Notes: generated by a model not told the origin, from the letters alone. 64,000 nt of DNA from Deltaproteobacteria bacterium (GCA_030595125.1 JAUVDV010000022.1:3064-67063), one strand, 5' to 3'. Positions 39,079 to 50,005 are shown, counted from the first letter of the stretch. Translations and numbers: made by a program.

Positions 39079-40251
39079 TCAAGTATTCGAGAGATAGTAT
39101 TTCCAGGGCAGGTACTCAACACCTCTGATGGTCAGCCGATCACGGCCCGTGTAGATGATCTTGGGATTCGAAGCGGCATCCCCCGCCCAGTCAACAAACT
39201 TGTTCAAGTGCCTGGCATATTTCACCTGGGGTGTCATGCCGCTTTTTATTTCCACGGGCTCGATCTTGTCCCCGAGATCCAGCAGAACGTCTACCTCCAC
39301 GCCCTCCTGCTCTCTCCAGAAGAATAGGTTATCGATATCGCCGCGATTGAGACGCTGTTTTGACAGTTCACTTATGACCCAGTTTTCGAACAGAGCGCCC
39401 CGTGAAGCAAAGTTCGAAAGACTGGCCTCATCTCCCATTTTCAGAAGATGACAGAGCAGTCCGGTGTCCCAGAAATACAACTTGGGTGACTTCGTTATGC
39501 GTTTACGAAAATTCTTGAAGTACGGTCGCAAGATACGAACAATGTAGCTGGCTTCCAAAACGCCGAGCCAAATTTTGGCGGTTTTACTATCGATCTTGCA
39601 ATCACTCGCCAACTTGCTCAGGTTCACCTGGGATCCGCAACAGGTCGCGCATACCGACAAGAAATCCTGAAACGCTCCAAGATTTCGGACATTCACAATC
39701 GATCGAACGTCGCGCTCCAGGTACGTGCGAACGTAGGACTTGTACCAGGTAGATGGATTGAGCCCACGGTCGTGGACCGGCGGATATGCTCCTTTGAGGA
39801 GCTGCTCTTCCAACGTTTCGGCGACGTATCCACCCCTCTCGAGTTCGGTGTGACTGAATGGTAACAGCTCGGCTATTCCGGCGCGTCCCGCAAGGCTCTG
39901 AGAGATGATATCGCTCAGCGCAAAATTCTGCGATCCCGTAAGGACGTATAGCCCCATCCGCCCGTCCTCATCTACAATTCCCTGCAAATAAGACATCAGG
40001 TCGGGTGTGTTTTGAACCTCATCGAAAACAGCGCCGTCCGGGAATCTCGCCAAGAAACCCAACGGGTCTTCTTGAAAGAACTCGCGTTCAATGGGATTCT
40101 CCAAACTCACATAAGGTTTGCCCGAAAAAAACCTTTTTGCCAGAGTGGTTTTTCCCGACTGCCGCGGACCGGTAATCACAACCACTGGAAATCCCTCGGC
40201 CAGTTCCGAAAGAACGCCGGAAATGTCTCGTTCGACAAAATGCGCCATCAT
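39079..40251 (-). CDS. AAA_14 / DUF4143 ATP-binding protein
   Basis: GPRQSGKTT, DEVQ, TGS, KSPKLYFWDTGL, EVD..VEIK (PD-(D/E)XK-like C-terminus). Confidence 0.92.
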   Translation of the reverse strand: MMAHFVERDISGVLSELAEGFPVVVITGPRQSGKTTLAKRFFSGKPYVSLENPIEREFFQEDPLGFLARFPDGAVFDEVQNTPDLMSYLQGIVDEDGRMGLYVLTGSQNFALSDIISQSLAGRAGIAELLPFSHTELERGGYVAETLEEQLLKGAYPPVHDRGLNPSTWYKSYVRTYLERDVRSIVNVRNLGAFQDFLSVCATCCGSQVNLSKLASDCKIDSKTAKIWLGVLEASYIVRILRPYFKNFRKRITKSPKLYFWDTGLLCHLLKMGDEASLSNFASRGALFENWVISELSKQRLNRGDIDNLFFWREQEGVEVDVLLDLGDKIEPVEIKSGMTPQVKYARHLNKFVDWAGDAASNPKIIYTGRDRLTIRGVEYLPWKYYLSNT

Positions 40252-40366
40252 CGTTCCTTCCTGAGATAGTACAATTGTAGTCCCTGAAATTCGGAATTGC
40301 AAGTCCTGTAATGCGGCATTTCAAGCCCTGAAATCATGGAGCGCATGGGCTTTTAGGCTCAGGCAA

Positions 40367-42049
40367 CTGATATGGAACGACCTGTCAATTTGCTTGTTAC
40401 TTGCCCCTTTTATTTTCCTCCTGGTAGTAATCGGCATCGAGATCCCGACACGGTGGACGAGGACGGCTGCTTCGACGACGAATCACTCTGATATTCGTGG
40501 ATTACGTCGGTTACCCAACGCAGAGCGCACATGACTGTTTTCCGTCGGGAGCTGCCGCTGTCTAAAGTCGTGGGTTCAGCAACCGAAGCTGCCTTCCACA
40601 TGCTGCCAACGCGGATTCCTCCGGATCGTGCCGAAGTCGTCCACCGTGTTGGAATCTCGAATCTAACCATCGTTCAATCTCTTCTCTACTTCTTTCAGTT
40701 CGCCATCACACCAAGCTGCGGATGGAGCAGTGCCCAGATGAAACCGGCGAGCTCGCGAGCACACGCGGTCACAGCCACGTTACGGTGCTTTCCACGGTTC
40801 ATCAGACGCCAAAACACGCGATGCTGACGACGCATGGCCCTATCTGCCAACGCGATGATTTCGGGCGCTTGGTTGGTTCGCCGTGTTTTTAGCGCATGGC
40901 TAATCCTGAACGGGTTGCCGCTGTGATGGGCCGATTCGACCAGCACCCGCCGCACATGACCATTGCCCGTCTTTGTAATGCTACCCCGACGCTCTTTTCC
41001 GCTGGTGTGTTCGCTCGGCGTCAAACCCAGGTAGCCCATCAGTTTCCTTGCCGAGTCGAAGCGCTCGAAGTCGAACAACTCGGCGACAATCGTGATTGCC
41101 GTAACGGTATCAATACCCCGGAAGCATCGCAGCCAACCTACTGGGTCGCGGTATGGTTCGTGCGTTGAAATTTCCTCCAGGGCTCGGGTCAGCTGCTCCT
41201 TGCGTTGCGTCTGGTGCTCAACTTGATCGTAGAGGTCCCGGAAAACGAGCGTGTCGGCCGGGTTCTCGAACGTCAGACTATTCAGCCACTGCATATGCGC
41301 GTGCGACCAGTTTTTACCGCCGTGGCTGAGTTGGCGGCGAATCAGGAATTTGCCGAGTCGGTGACGCGCCCGGCCGAGATCCGAGGTTGATGTTTCGCGC
41401 TGCCGGACTAGATCCCGGACAGCTTCCTGGTTTTCTGTAGGGGGTGTTGCTTCAGTCAAGAGTCCGGCTCGAAGGAACTCCGCCAGCTTCTTCGCATCGC
41501 GACGATCCGTCTTCACCCGATCACCGGGCTTGATTGGAATCAGAGACGGTGCGACCACCTCGCAAACCATGGGCACAGTCTCCTCCAGCAGCCGTTTTGG
41601 TGCCCAGCCACACGGTCCGGCCTCGTAGCACACTCTGATCTCGGCCCCATCCGCAAGCTTCGTAAGCGTGCGAGCCAGCTTCTTGACCTTCGCCTTCGTG
41701 TGCTCCATTCGCCATTCAAGCAGTGGTCCCTTGCTGGAATCGAGTACCGCGACATTGAAAAAAGACTTGTGGACGTCCAATCCCACCCAAGTGATAGACT
41801 TGCTCATGATCGGCTCCTTCGTATGCGGCTCTGCCGTCTTGGCGGTAACCCGCGATAATAGGTGTTATTTATCAACACCGGCTTTACCCCAAATGGGGAT
41901 ATACAAGCTTTACGAACGGAGTCGGTCACTTTCATTTGTGGCTAGTCAAACCGTGGATGCAGGGAGTAAGATTTTGACTACATCAAAGATCCGACCGTTG
42001 CCACGCCCCGGCTATGCCGTCGGCAAGGCTTGGTCGTTCCATGCTGTCT
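40367..42049 (-). mobile_element. IS110-family insertion sequence of IS1111 type, about 1.68 kb
   Basis: Transposase plus perfect 11-bp subterminal inverted repeats (ATGGAACGACC 40372-40382; GGTCGTTCCAT 42032-42042); CT dinucleotides at 40367-68 and 42048-49 are the putative core. Confidence 0.75.
40695..41807 (-). CDS. IS110-family transposase / recombinase
   Basis: DEDD motifs GLDVHK, YEAG, KTDRRDA; C-terminal GLTPSEHTSG and GSITKTGN. Confidence 0.95.
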   Translation of the reverse strand: MSKSITWVGLDVHKSFFNVAVLDSSKGPLLEWRMEHTKAKVKKLARTLTKLADGAEIRVCYEAGPCGWAPKRLLEETVPMVCEVVAPSLIPIKPGDRVKTDRRDAKKLAEFLRAGLLTEATPPTENQEAVRDLVRQRETSTSDLGRARHRLGKFLIRRQLSHGGKNWSHAHMQWLNSLTFENPADTLVFRDLYDQVEHQTQRKEQLTRALEEISTHEPYRDPVGWLRCFRGIDTVTAITIVAELFDFERFDSARKLMGYLGLTPSEHTSGKERRGSITKTGNGHVRRVLVESAHHSGNPFRISHALKTRRTNQAPEIIALADRAMRRQHRVFWRLMNRGKHRNVAVTACARELAGFIWALLHPQLGVMAN

Positions 42050-42396
42050 AAAGAGAGCGTATCCCAATACTGCTTCGCCTCCCGGTGAATCAGTGAACTT
42101 CTTAAGTTCGTCCCCGGAATTGTTCTCATAGCGGATAGGCATAGTTTGGGTATGGCGTCCGCACGGTCATTCCCTACTCTATTCATCCGAGTAACCCCCG
42201 GCGTAGTTACGAATAGCTGGCGTTCTCCCAAGAGTGAGGGGATCAAGTGAGGGGTCAGGCCAAGACAATCGACACTTTCTTCTGCGCAAATGTGCCTCCC
42301 GCAAGAAGTTCTTCTGCATCCTTTAACAACTTGAGCTTGTGACTGATTCGTGCTCGCAACCTTGTCGGTACAGCGAAAAAGTGCTCTTATATTTCC

Positions 42397-45300
42397 ATGA
42401 GCGAGGGTGATTTGATCGGGAATTCATGGCAAAACGACTACGCGGACAAGCTCGTCTCCGCAAACAAGGCGCTCTCCAAGATCCGTGACGGTCAGACGAT
42501 CTTCCTGGGTTCCGGAGCCGGAGAACCTTGCCTGCTCACAGATACCCTGGTCGAAATGGCCAAGAGCTTCCACGACGTGGAGGTCATACACCTGACCGCG
42601 ACTCACCGTGACTTCAAGCTGGCCAGCCCCGCGATGCTCAACCACTTCCGATACAACACCTTCTATCTCGGTCATGGCGCGACAACTTCATCAGCCGAGA
42701 GCCCGGCAGACTACACGCCCATGAACATCAGTGAGCTCCCTTCTGCCATGAAGCGGGGGGTCATTCGCCTTGACGCAGCCCTGATTCAAGTCTCTCCGCC
42801 GGATTCCGTGGGCCAGTGCAGTCTGGGGATCTCCGTGGATGCTACCAGGGCCGCGGTGGAAAGCGCTGATCTGGTCATCGCCCAGGTAAACGAAAACATG
42901 CCCGTGACTTTCGGCGACTCTCTCATCCCGGTGGAAAAGATAGACTACCTGGTGGAGGGCAATGTTCCCCTTATCGAGATTCCCGCTCTCAAGGTCGATC
43001 CTGTTTCATTGACAATCGGGAGGCACATCGCAAGCCTGATATCGGACGGGATGACCCTTCACTTCGACCGTGGTCCCATAAGCGTCGCCTCCATGCGGTA
43101 TCTGGACACCAAAAAGAACCTGGGAATCCACACGGACTTTCTCACGGACGACATCTGGCGACTGATCAGATCGAGAGCCGTCACAAACAGAGAAAAAAAT
43201 ATCAACAAGGGCAAGACCGTAGCGACTATGGTCGTCGGCTCCAGGGAGCTGTATAGCGCGGTTAACAAAAATCCTTATATCGAGATCCTTCCCATCGATC
43301 AGGTTAACGACCCTTCTGTTATCAGCCAGAACGACAACATGGTGTCGATCCACAATATCTCAGAAATATCTCTTACCGGAGCGGCCAAGGTGTTCAGCGA
43401 GGGCGATTTCCAGATCGACGGCCTCGCGGCTGGCAGGGACTTTGTCAACGGCGCCAGGCGCTCCAAAAATGGGTTCACCATCAGAGCCCTGCCGTCCACA
43501 ACACCGGACGGAGTTCATTCGCGCATCGTGACAGTCGGTCGGAAAGGCGGGGTAACCTTCAGCCGAACCAATATCGACTTTGTGGTAACCGAGTACGGTA
43601 TAGCCAATCTGTACGGTCTTTCTTCCAGGGAGAGGGCCGTGGCGCTCATCTCAATAGCGCATCCCAAGTTCAGAGGGCAACTTCTCAAGGAAGCCATCGA
43701 AGCCGGGCACGTGAGCCGTAATCAGATCATGCCACCGGAAAAAGGTTGTGTGTATCCAAGCCAATACGAGTTCACCCACACGTTCAAGGACGGCCTGGAA
43801 GTGTTCTTTCGACCCATGAAACCCAGCGACGCCCGCAGTATCCAACGCATGTTCTACTCCCTCACTCCGGAGATGAGGCGGATGCGATACCACGGCACCA
43901 TCAAGTCCCTGTCCAACGAAACCGCCCAGGGAATAGCAGCGGTCGACTACAGTCAAGATGTCGCCATCGTGGGGTTGGTCGGCGATCAACGGAACACCGA
44001 GATCATCGCCGAGGGGCGTTACATGAACAACCCGATCAACAACATGGGTGAGTTTGATCTGGTGGTTCACGAAAAATACCAGGGAAAAGGTATCGGGACG
44101 TTCCTGGGCAATTATCTCAAGAAGATCGCCTACTCCAGAGGGTTGGGCGGGATATACGCCGAGGTCATCCAGCGCAATGAGGGGACGATCGCCCTCCTGA
44201 ACAAGGCCTGGCCCACGGCGATGAAGCGCTTCGAATACGGAAGCTGCACATTCACGCTTCGATTTCCACAAGAGGACGTCGCCAAGCCCAAGGACAGCAT
44301 CGTGGTCTACTCCGGACGCTTCGGCGACTTCTCGTTCGGCAAAGATCATCCGTTCAAACCAGCACGCGCCACGAGCGCCATGCGGTGCATGGACGATGAA
44401 GGGTACCTCAACGAGCCGTGGATTCGGGTCGAAGAACCGAAGATGGTCACCAAGGAACGGCTCATCGAATCGCACGATCCCGAGTTCATCGAAGCCTTGA
44501 GGGCAGCCAATTCGGGTGAGTGGCGAGAGGAGTTTCTGCAGTTTCACCTCGGTGGCGAGGAGTGTCCCATCTTCCCCGGGCTCTTCGACTTCGTTCTCTT
44601 GTACGCATCGGCCACTATAACCGGCGCGAACCTGATCATCGAGGAGAACGCGAACGTTGTGTTCAATCCCCTGGGCGGATTCCATCACTCGAGCCGGTCC
44701 GGCGCGGAGGGTTTCTGCTATTTCAACGACGCCATCGCGGCCATCGACATGCTGCTCGCCCGTGGTTTCAGGATCGCCTACATCGACATCGACGCGCACC
44801 ACGGAAACGGGGTCCAGGACGCCTACTACAGAGACGACCGAGTCCTGGCGATTTCACTGCACGAGAGCGGCAAGACACTCTATCCCTGGGGTGGCTTCGA
44901 GACTGAAACAGGCGAGGATATCGGCAAGGGATTCACCATCAACATCCCGCTCCCCGAGGGAACCGACGACGACCTGTTCGGTAAAGTATTCGATCGCGTG
45001 GTCACGCCGGCCGTCCAGCAGTTTGCTCCTTCAGTGGTGGTCGCCGTGATCGGGGCCGACACCCACAGGTCCGATCCCCTGTCACACCTGAGCCTCACCA
45101 ACAACGGAATGACAGATGCGATCAAACGCATAAGGGAATACAGCAACCATATGCTGCTTCTGGGCGGCGGCGGATACAACTTGACGGCGACGACCCGCGC
45201 GTGGTGCCGGATGTGGGCCGCGGCCAACCGCATCGACGCCCTGCCCGACTATCTGCTCGTGCTCGGGGGCTCCTTCATGGGGAGCGAAGGCGTGGGCCAG

Positions 45301-45447
45301 GCCGACATCGTGGACATGGCGTATCTGACATCCGGAAAACAGCGAGATGCTGTTCAGGAGGAGCTGGAGAGGATCGCGGTATTTCACGAGAAAAACACCA
45401 TTCCCCTGATCGGAAAACGGCTGAGCCGAATACCCGGAACTGACTGA
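42397..45447 (+). CDS. Fusion of acetyl-CoA hydrolase/transferase-like, GNAT and histone-deacetylase (AcuC-like) domains
   Basis: N-terminal IQVSPPD..SLG.SVD and VVTEYGIA.L.G; central YQGKGIGT; C-terminal GGFHH, GFCYFND, DIDAHHGNG, GAD..DPL, GGGGY. Confidence 0.9.
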   Translation: MSEGDLIGNSWQNDYADKLVSANKALSKIRDGQTIFLGSGAGEPCLLTDTLVEMAKSFHDVEVIHLTATHRDFKLASPAMLNHFRYNTFYLGHGATTSSAESPADYTPMNISELPSAMKRGVIRLDAALIQVSPPDSVGQCSLGISVDATRAAVESADLVIAQVNENMPVTFGDSLIPVEKIDYLVEGNVPLIEIPALKVDPVSLTIGRHIASLISDGMTLHFDRGPISVASMRYLDTKKNLGIHTDFLTDDIWRLIRSRAVTNREKNINKGKTVATMVVGSRELYSAVNKNPYIEILPIDQVNDPSVISQNDNMVSIHNISEISLTGAAKVFSEGDFQIDGLAAGRDFVNGARRSKNGFTIRALPSTTPDGVHSRIVTVGRKGGVTFSRTNIDFVVTEYGIANLYGLSSRERAVALISIAHPKFRGQLLKEAIEAGHVSRNQIMPPEKGCVYPSQYEFTHTFKDGLEVFFRPMKPSDARSIQRMFYSLTPEMRRMRYHGTIKSLSNETAQGIAAVDYSQDVAIVGLVGDQRNTEIIAEGRYMNNPINNMGEFDLVVHEKYQGKGIGTFLGNYLKKIAYSRGLGGIYAEVIQRNEGTIALLNKAWPTAMKRFEYGSCTFTLRFPQEDVAKPKDSIVVYSGRFGDFSFGKDHPFKPARATSAMRCMDDEGYLNEPWIRVEEPKMVTKERLIESHDPEFIEALRAANSGEWREEFLQFHLGGEECPIFPGLFDFVLLYASATITGANLIIEENANVVFNPLGGFHHSSRSGAEGFCYFNDAIAAIDMLLARGFRIAYIDIDAHHGNGVQDAYYRDDRVLAISLHESGKTLYPWGGFETETGEDIGKGFTINIPLPEGTDDDLFGKVFDRVVTPAVQQFAPSVVVAVIGADTHRSDPLSHLSLTNNGMTDAIKRIREYSNHMLLLGGGGYNLTATTRAWCRMWAAANRIDALPDYLLVLGGSFMGSEGVGQADIVDMAYLTSGKQRDAVQEELERIAVFHEKNTIPLIGKRLSRIPGTD
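45389..45428 (+). repeat. 40-bp direct repeat, copy 1
   Basis: AGAAAAACACCATTCCCCTGATCGGAAAACGGCTGAGCCG is identical at 47688-47727. Confidence 0.92.
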
Positions 45448-45629
45448 TCCGGGTTAGATTTATTAGTTCTCACTCGACCAGCGCTGGAAGAACGATCCTC
45501 TCGGCACCAAGGATGGAGCCGGACTCCACCGGAAGGCAAACTCCCTCGGCGGCAAGCGGCTCCTGGTCAAGAATAATTCGCCCGCCGATTCTTGGTTGAA
45601 CATGGAGAAATAGTGCGCACATTTACCCG

Positions 45630-45914
45630 ATGAAGCAGTCCGGAAAAATGGTTCATTATCTGGTAATTGCGATGTTGGCACTCATTGTGGCGGCGCCAAA
45701 TTCGGGTTGTAGCTTCAACGTCGGCTCCAAGAAAGTAACGGCGAGACCGGGAACCCGTTTGCCGGGAAACGCTTATACAGAGCCTGACGGAGACCTTGTG
45801 CATCACGAAACATCTTCAATAAAAGGAGATAGCCTTCTCCTGATCTTCAGAATCAGGGACCGAAAATCGGACAAGGAGGAGAGTCCTTTCCCGTCACCAC
45901 CGTGGGCGAGGTGA
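45630..45914 (+). CDS. Small putative lipoprotein
   Basis: Hydrophobic signal ending ..NSGC; otherwise unrecognised. Confidence 0.4.
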   Translation: MKQSGKMVHYLVIAMLALIVAAPNSGCSFNVGSKKVTARPGTRLPGNAYTEPDGDLVHHETSSIKGDSLLLIFRIRDRKSDKEESPFPSPPWAR

Positions 45915-45940
45915 TGAACGTCAGGCCTCTACAGCAACGT

Positions 45941-46291
45941 TCACTTTTTCTCGGAAACCCCGAGAATCCCAACTGACGATCCCGCGCGGCAATAACCGGA
46001 ACATGAGTACCCGGCCTGGGCCTCGCATACGCAAATCTCGCCCTCACCGCACCCGCTGGTGATCCTCTCGCCACCTTCATCGGGACCGTTGGAGTCGGTG
46101 ACAGAACAACGCCTGCGCTCGCCTTCGGGGGGATCTTTCACGATGGGTTTCACGCCCTCGGATTCGGGCTCGGCCGTGGGCTCCGGAGCCGGGGCCTCAT
46201 CCACCGAAGAAGCAGGCGTTTCCTCTACCGCAGCAACCGGGGCGCCGCCACAGGACGCGAGCATGGCAAAAATCAGAATCGCAGATTTCAT
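45941..46291 (-). CDS. Small lipoprotein with Pro/Glu linker and Cys-rich C-terminus
   Basis: GGAGG RBS, MKSAILIFAMLASC lipobox, six further Cys. Confidence 0.7.
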   Translation of the reverse strand: MKSAILIFAMLASCGGAPVAAVEETPASSVDEAPAPEPTAEPESEGVKPIVKDPPEGERRRCSVTDSNGPDEGGERITSGCGEGEICVCEAQAGYSCSGYCRAGSSVGILGVSEKK

Positions 46292-46310
46292 CGCTACCTC
46301 CAGTGGCCCC

Positions 46311-47558
46311 CTAGCGTCTTTGTTTCTTGGACGCCTTGTATACTCGAATACGTTCTTGTCGCTCCTGCTCGCGTTGCTTCTTCACCTCTACAGCAGGCAC
46401 TCCGTCGACCAGGCCTTTCTCTGCGTCCGGCGAGTGGTACTTGTGGTCTCTGGTCCGCGCAATCTTGAAGCGAAGCATCTTTTCGATGTCCTTCAGTTCC
46501 GTCAGCTCCGTCCCCGAGCAGAACGAGAAGGCCATGCCCTCCGCCCCCGCCCTGGCGGTGCGCCCGATCCGATGCACGTAGGTCTCCGGCACGTTTGGAA
46601 GATCAAAGTTGAAGACGTGAGATATGCTCTCCACGTCGATGCCCCTCGCCGCGATATCCGTGGCCACCAGCACGCGTACGTCGCCGGACCTGAATCCTTC
46701 GAGGGCCCTGGTTCGAGCGTTCTGCGCCTTGTCGCCATGAATTGCGCTCACGTTGACACCCGCACGTTTCAAAAACTGCGCAACGCGACTCGCCCCGTGC
46801 TTGGTGCGCGTGAAAACCAGCGCTCGTGATACTTCGCCGTCGTCGAGCAACCATTGCAACAATTTACGCTTGTCCTTCTGGTCCACAAAATAGACGGACT
46901 GCCGGATACGCTCCACGGGTGTGGCCGAAGGCGTCACCTCCACGCGAACTGGTTTTATCAGCATAGAGGAGGCGAGCTTCGCTACCGCCGGGGGCATTGT
47001 GGCCGAGAAAAAAAGCGATTGTCTCTGTTTTGGCAGGGAGGTGATGACGCGACGCACGTCGTGGATGAAGCCCATGTCCAGCATCCTGTCGGCCTCATCC
47101 AGCACGAACACCTCGAGATGCTCCAGAGTCACGTGGCCCTGACCGATGAGATCGAGGAGACGTCCGGGCGTGGCCACCAGAATATCCGGGCGCTTCTTGA
47201 GCTCCTTTTCCTGCTGCAATTGCTTGACGCCGCCGAAGATGACCGTTGTGAGGATGTCCAGGTGGCGACCGTAGGTGATGAAGCTATCTTTGATCTGGGC
47301 GGCCAGCTCCCGGGTTGGCGTGAGAACCAGAACCCTGATCCGCCCCTTGCGCCCGCCCGTTTCAACGAGATTCTGAAGGATGGGCAGGGCAAAGGCGGCG
47401 GTTTTTCCGGTGCCCGTTTGTGCGCAACCAAGGAGATCCCTGCCTCCAAGAAGATGAGGGATTGCCTGTTCCTGGATGGGTGTCGGTACGTCGTAGCCTT
47501 CCGAGGACACGGCTTTTTGAAGTGCTTCAATGAGATTGAGATCGGAGAATGTTTTCAC
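46311..47558 (-). CDS. DEAD-box RNA helicase (RhlE-like)
   Basis: [39 protein letters not shown] start inferred. Confidence 0.93.
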   Translation of the reverse strand: MKTFSDLNLIEALQKAVSSEGYDVPTPIQEQAIPHLLGGRDLLGCAQTGTGKTAAFALPILQNLVETGGRKGRIRVLVLTPTRELAAQIKDSFITYGRHLDILTTVIFGGVKQLQQEKELKKRPDILVATPGRLLDLIGQGHVTLEHLEVFVLDEADRMLDMGFIHDVRRVITSLPKQRQSLFFSATMPPAVAKLASSMLIKPVRVEVTPSATPVERIRQSVYFVDQKDKRKLLQWLLDDGEVSRALVFTRTKHGASRVAQFLKRAGVNVSAIHGDKAQNARTRALEGFRSGDVRVLVATDIAARGIDVESISHVFNFDLPNVPETYVHRIGRTARAGAEGMAFSFCSGTELTELKDIEKMLRFKIARTRDHKYHSPDAEKGLVDGVPAVEVKKQREQERQERIRVYKASKKQRR

Positions 47559-47687
47559 TTTGTGCGTTTCGTCTGGGCAAGGGGAGTAATGTTTAACTGT
47601 CACTTGCGGCTTGCGAAAGGGGAATACCCCGTTTGGGGCGTATTCCCAAGTAATAATAGACAATCCGTGTGCCGCTTTTTTATAAAA

Positions 47688-47727
47688 AGAAAAACACCAT
47701 TCCCCTGATCGGAAAACGGCTGAGCCG
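47688..47727 (+). repeat. 40-bp direct repeat, copy 2
   Basis: Identical to 45389-45428. Confidence 0.92.
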
Positions 47728-47729
47728 GG

Positions 47730-49952
47730 TTAAGAAATAGAGTCCAATGCCGCGTTGAAGGTTGCGCTGGGATGGGTTGCCTTTGCAGCCTTTTCCGGAT
47801 CCGGGAAGTAATAGCCTCCAATATCAACAGGACTTCCCTGGGCCGCAATCATTTCATCGGCAATCTTGGCCTCATTATCTCCAAGCTCTTTGGCCAGCTT
47901 GGAGAAACGCGCCTGAAGCGAGCTATCCTCTGTTTGCTCGGCCAGAGCTTGAGCCCAGTAAAGCGCGAGGTAAAAGTGGCTCCCTCTATTATCCAGCTCA
48001 TTGACCTTTCGGGATGGCGACTTCTTGCTGTCCAGGAACTTGCTATTCGCCTCGCCGAGGGTCTTTGCGAAGATCTTGGCTTTTTCGTTGCCGGTGGTGT
48101 TGCCCAGATGTTCCAGTGATTCCGCAAGGGCCAGGAATTCACCAAGGGAGTCCCACCTCAGATGCCCTTCTTCGACAAACTGCTGGACGTGTTTTGGAGC
48201 CGAACCGCCCGCGCCGGTCTCGAACATCCCGCCGCCGTTCATGAGGGGAACTATGGAGAGCATTTTTGCGCTGGTATTCAATTCAAGAATTGGGAAAAGG
48301 TCCGTATTGTAGTCACGCAACACGTTTCCGGTTACAGAAATAGTGTCTTTGCCCTCTCTCATTCTTTCAAATGAAAATCTGGTTGCTTCCGCCACGGGCA
48401 TGGTATGGATTTCCATGCCGTCCGTGTCGTGATTCGGCAAATATTTTTTTACTTTTTCAATGAGTTGCGCGTCGTGAGGCCTGGCCGGGTCAAGCCAGAA
48501 CACGATGGGCGCCCCGGTAGCTTTGGCCCTGGTGATAGCCAGCTTTACCCAATCCTGTATGGGCGCGTCTTTTGCCTGGCACGCGCGCCAGATGTCGCCC
48601 TCTTCCACTTTGTGTTCGAGAATGGCTTTCCCCGAAGCGTCTACAACGCGAATCGTTCCGTCTCCCGGCGCCTCGAATGTCTTGTCGTGGGACCCGTACT
48701 CCTCCGCCTTTTTCGCCATGAGGCCTACGTTGGGAACAGTCCCCATTTTGGAGGGATCAAGAGCGCCGTGCTTGATGCAATTATTTATGGCCTCCTGGTA
48801 CAGGTCTGCATAACAGTGGTCGGGGATTACCGCCTTTACATCGTGCTGCTTGCCGTCGGGCCCCCACATCTTCCCCGAATCACGAATCATTGCAGGCATG
48901 GACGCGTCGATAATAACATCGCTGGGCACATGCAGGTTTGTGATCCCCTTGTCCGAGTTCACCATGGCGACTTGCGGGCGATTCTTATAGACCTCCTTGA
49001 TATCCGCTTCGATCTCCGCTCTTTTATCTTCCGGCAGGCTTGCGATCTTGTTGTAAAGGTCGCCCAGGCCATTGTTGAAATCAACGCCAAGCTCTTTGAT
49101 AACAGCCGCGTGTTTCTCAATGACGTTTCTGTAGAAAACCTTCACGGCATGACCAAAGATCTTTGGGTCGGAGACCTTCATCATTGTGGCCTTCATGTGC
49201 AAGGAAAACAGCACGCCTTTTTCTTTTGCGTCGTCTATCTGCTCCCCGAGGAATTTTGTCAGGGCCTTTTTGCTCATGAAAGTGGAATCAATGACTTCAC
49301 CGGCCAGAAGCGCCAGGTTGTCCTTCAAGACGGTGACCTTGCCGTCCTGAGAAACAAACTCGATCCTTGCGTTCGTTGCCTGCGCCATCGTGATGGACTT
49401 CTCGTTGGAGAAGAAGTCGCCGCTGCTCATCGTGGAGACATGTGTCTTTGAGTCAGGGCTCCATGCACCCATCTTGTGGGGGTTCTTCATTGCATACTGC
49501 TTGACCGCGACTGCCGCTCTGCGATCAGAGTTTCCTTCTCTCAGAACAGGATTTACGGCGCTTCCCAGCGCCACGGAGAACCTGGTCTTGATCTCCCGCT
49601 CTGCGTCGGTTTTCGGATTCTCGGGAAAGTCCGGAATATCGTAGCCTTTGTCCTGCACTTCTTTGAGTGCGGCCTTCAACTGTGGGATTGATGCGCTGAT
49701 ATTGGGCAGTTTGATGATATTGGCCTCCGGCAACATTGCGAGCTCGCCCAGAGCGGTCAGTTCATCAGGTATTTTTTGACTCTCAGTCAGGTTATCGGGG
49801 AAGTTGGCGATAATTCTTCCGGCAAGAGAGATATCCCTTGGAATAACTTCAAAACCGGACCCCTTTGTAAAAGCCTGGACAATGGGGAGTAACGAGTGAG
49901 TTGCCAGTGCCGGCGCCTCATCGGTTTTTGTCCACATAATTTTTTGAGACAT
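47730..49952 (-). CDS. icd: Monomeric NADP-dependent isocitrate dehydrogenase
   Basis: [41 protein letters not shown]; about 740 aa. Confidence 0.96.
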   Translation of the reverse strand: MSQKIMWTKTDEAPALATHSLLPIVQAFTKGSGFEVIPRDISLAGRIIANFPDNLTESQKIPDELTALGELAMLPEANIIKLPNISASIPQLKAALKEVQDKGYDIPDFPENPKTDAEREIKTRFSVALGSAVNPVLREGNSDRRAAVAVKQYAMKNPHKMGAWSPDSKTHVSTMSSGDFFSNEKSITMAQATNARIEFVSQDGKVTVLKDNLALLAGEVIDSTFMSKKALTKFLGEQIDDAKEKGVLFSLHMKATMMKVSDPKIFGHAVKVFYRNVIEKHAAVIKELGVDFNNGLGDLYNKIASLPEDKRAEIEADIKEVYKNRPQVAMVNSDKGITNLHVPSDVIIDASMPAMIRDSGKMWGPDGKQHDVKAVIPDHCYADLYQEAINNCIKHGALDPSKMGTVPNVGLMAKKAEEYGSHDKTFEAPGDGTIRVVDASGKAILEHKVEEGDIWRACQAKDAPIQDWVKLAITRAKATGAPIVFWLDPARPHDAQLIEKVKKYLPNHDTDGMEIHTMPVAEATRFSFERMREGKDTISVTGNVLRDYNTDLFPILELNTSAKMLSIVPLMNGGGMFETGAGGSAPKHVQQFVEEGHLRWDSLGEFLALAESLEHLGNTTGNEKAKIFAKTLGEANSKFLDSKKSPSRKVNELDNRGSHFYLALYWAQALAEQTEDSSLQARFSKLAKELGDNEAKIADEMIAAQGSPVDIGGYYFPDPEKAAKATHPSATFNAALDSIS

Positions 49953-50005
49953 GGATACCTCCACAGTGTTGATTGTGTGTGCGGGTTTTCAAAGCGCTAT
50001 ATTTT

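Noticed and set aside
39079..40251. AAA/DUF4143 gene as an anti-phage system
   Set aside because: It is a common stand-alone family and has no partner genes here to support a defence role.
42054..42260. Possible decayed transposase remnant with short AGTGAGGGG repeats next to the IS
   Set aside because: No intact ORF or diagnostic motif could be supported by eye.
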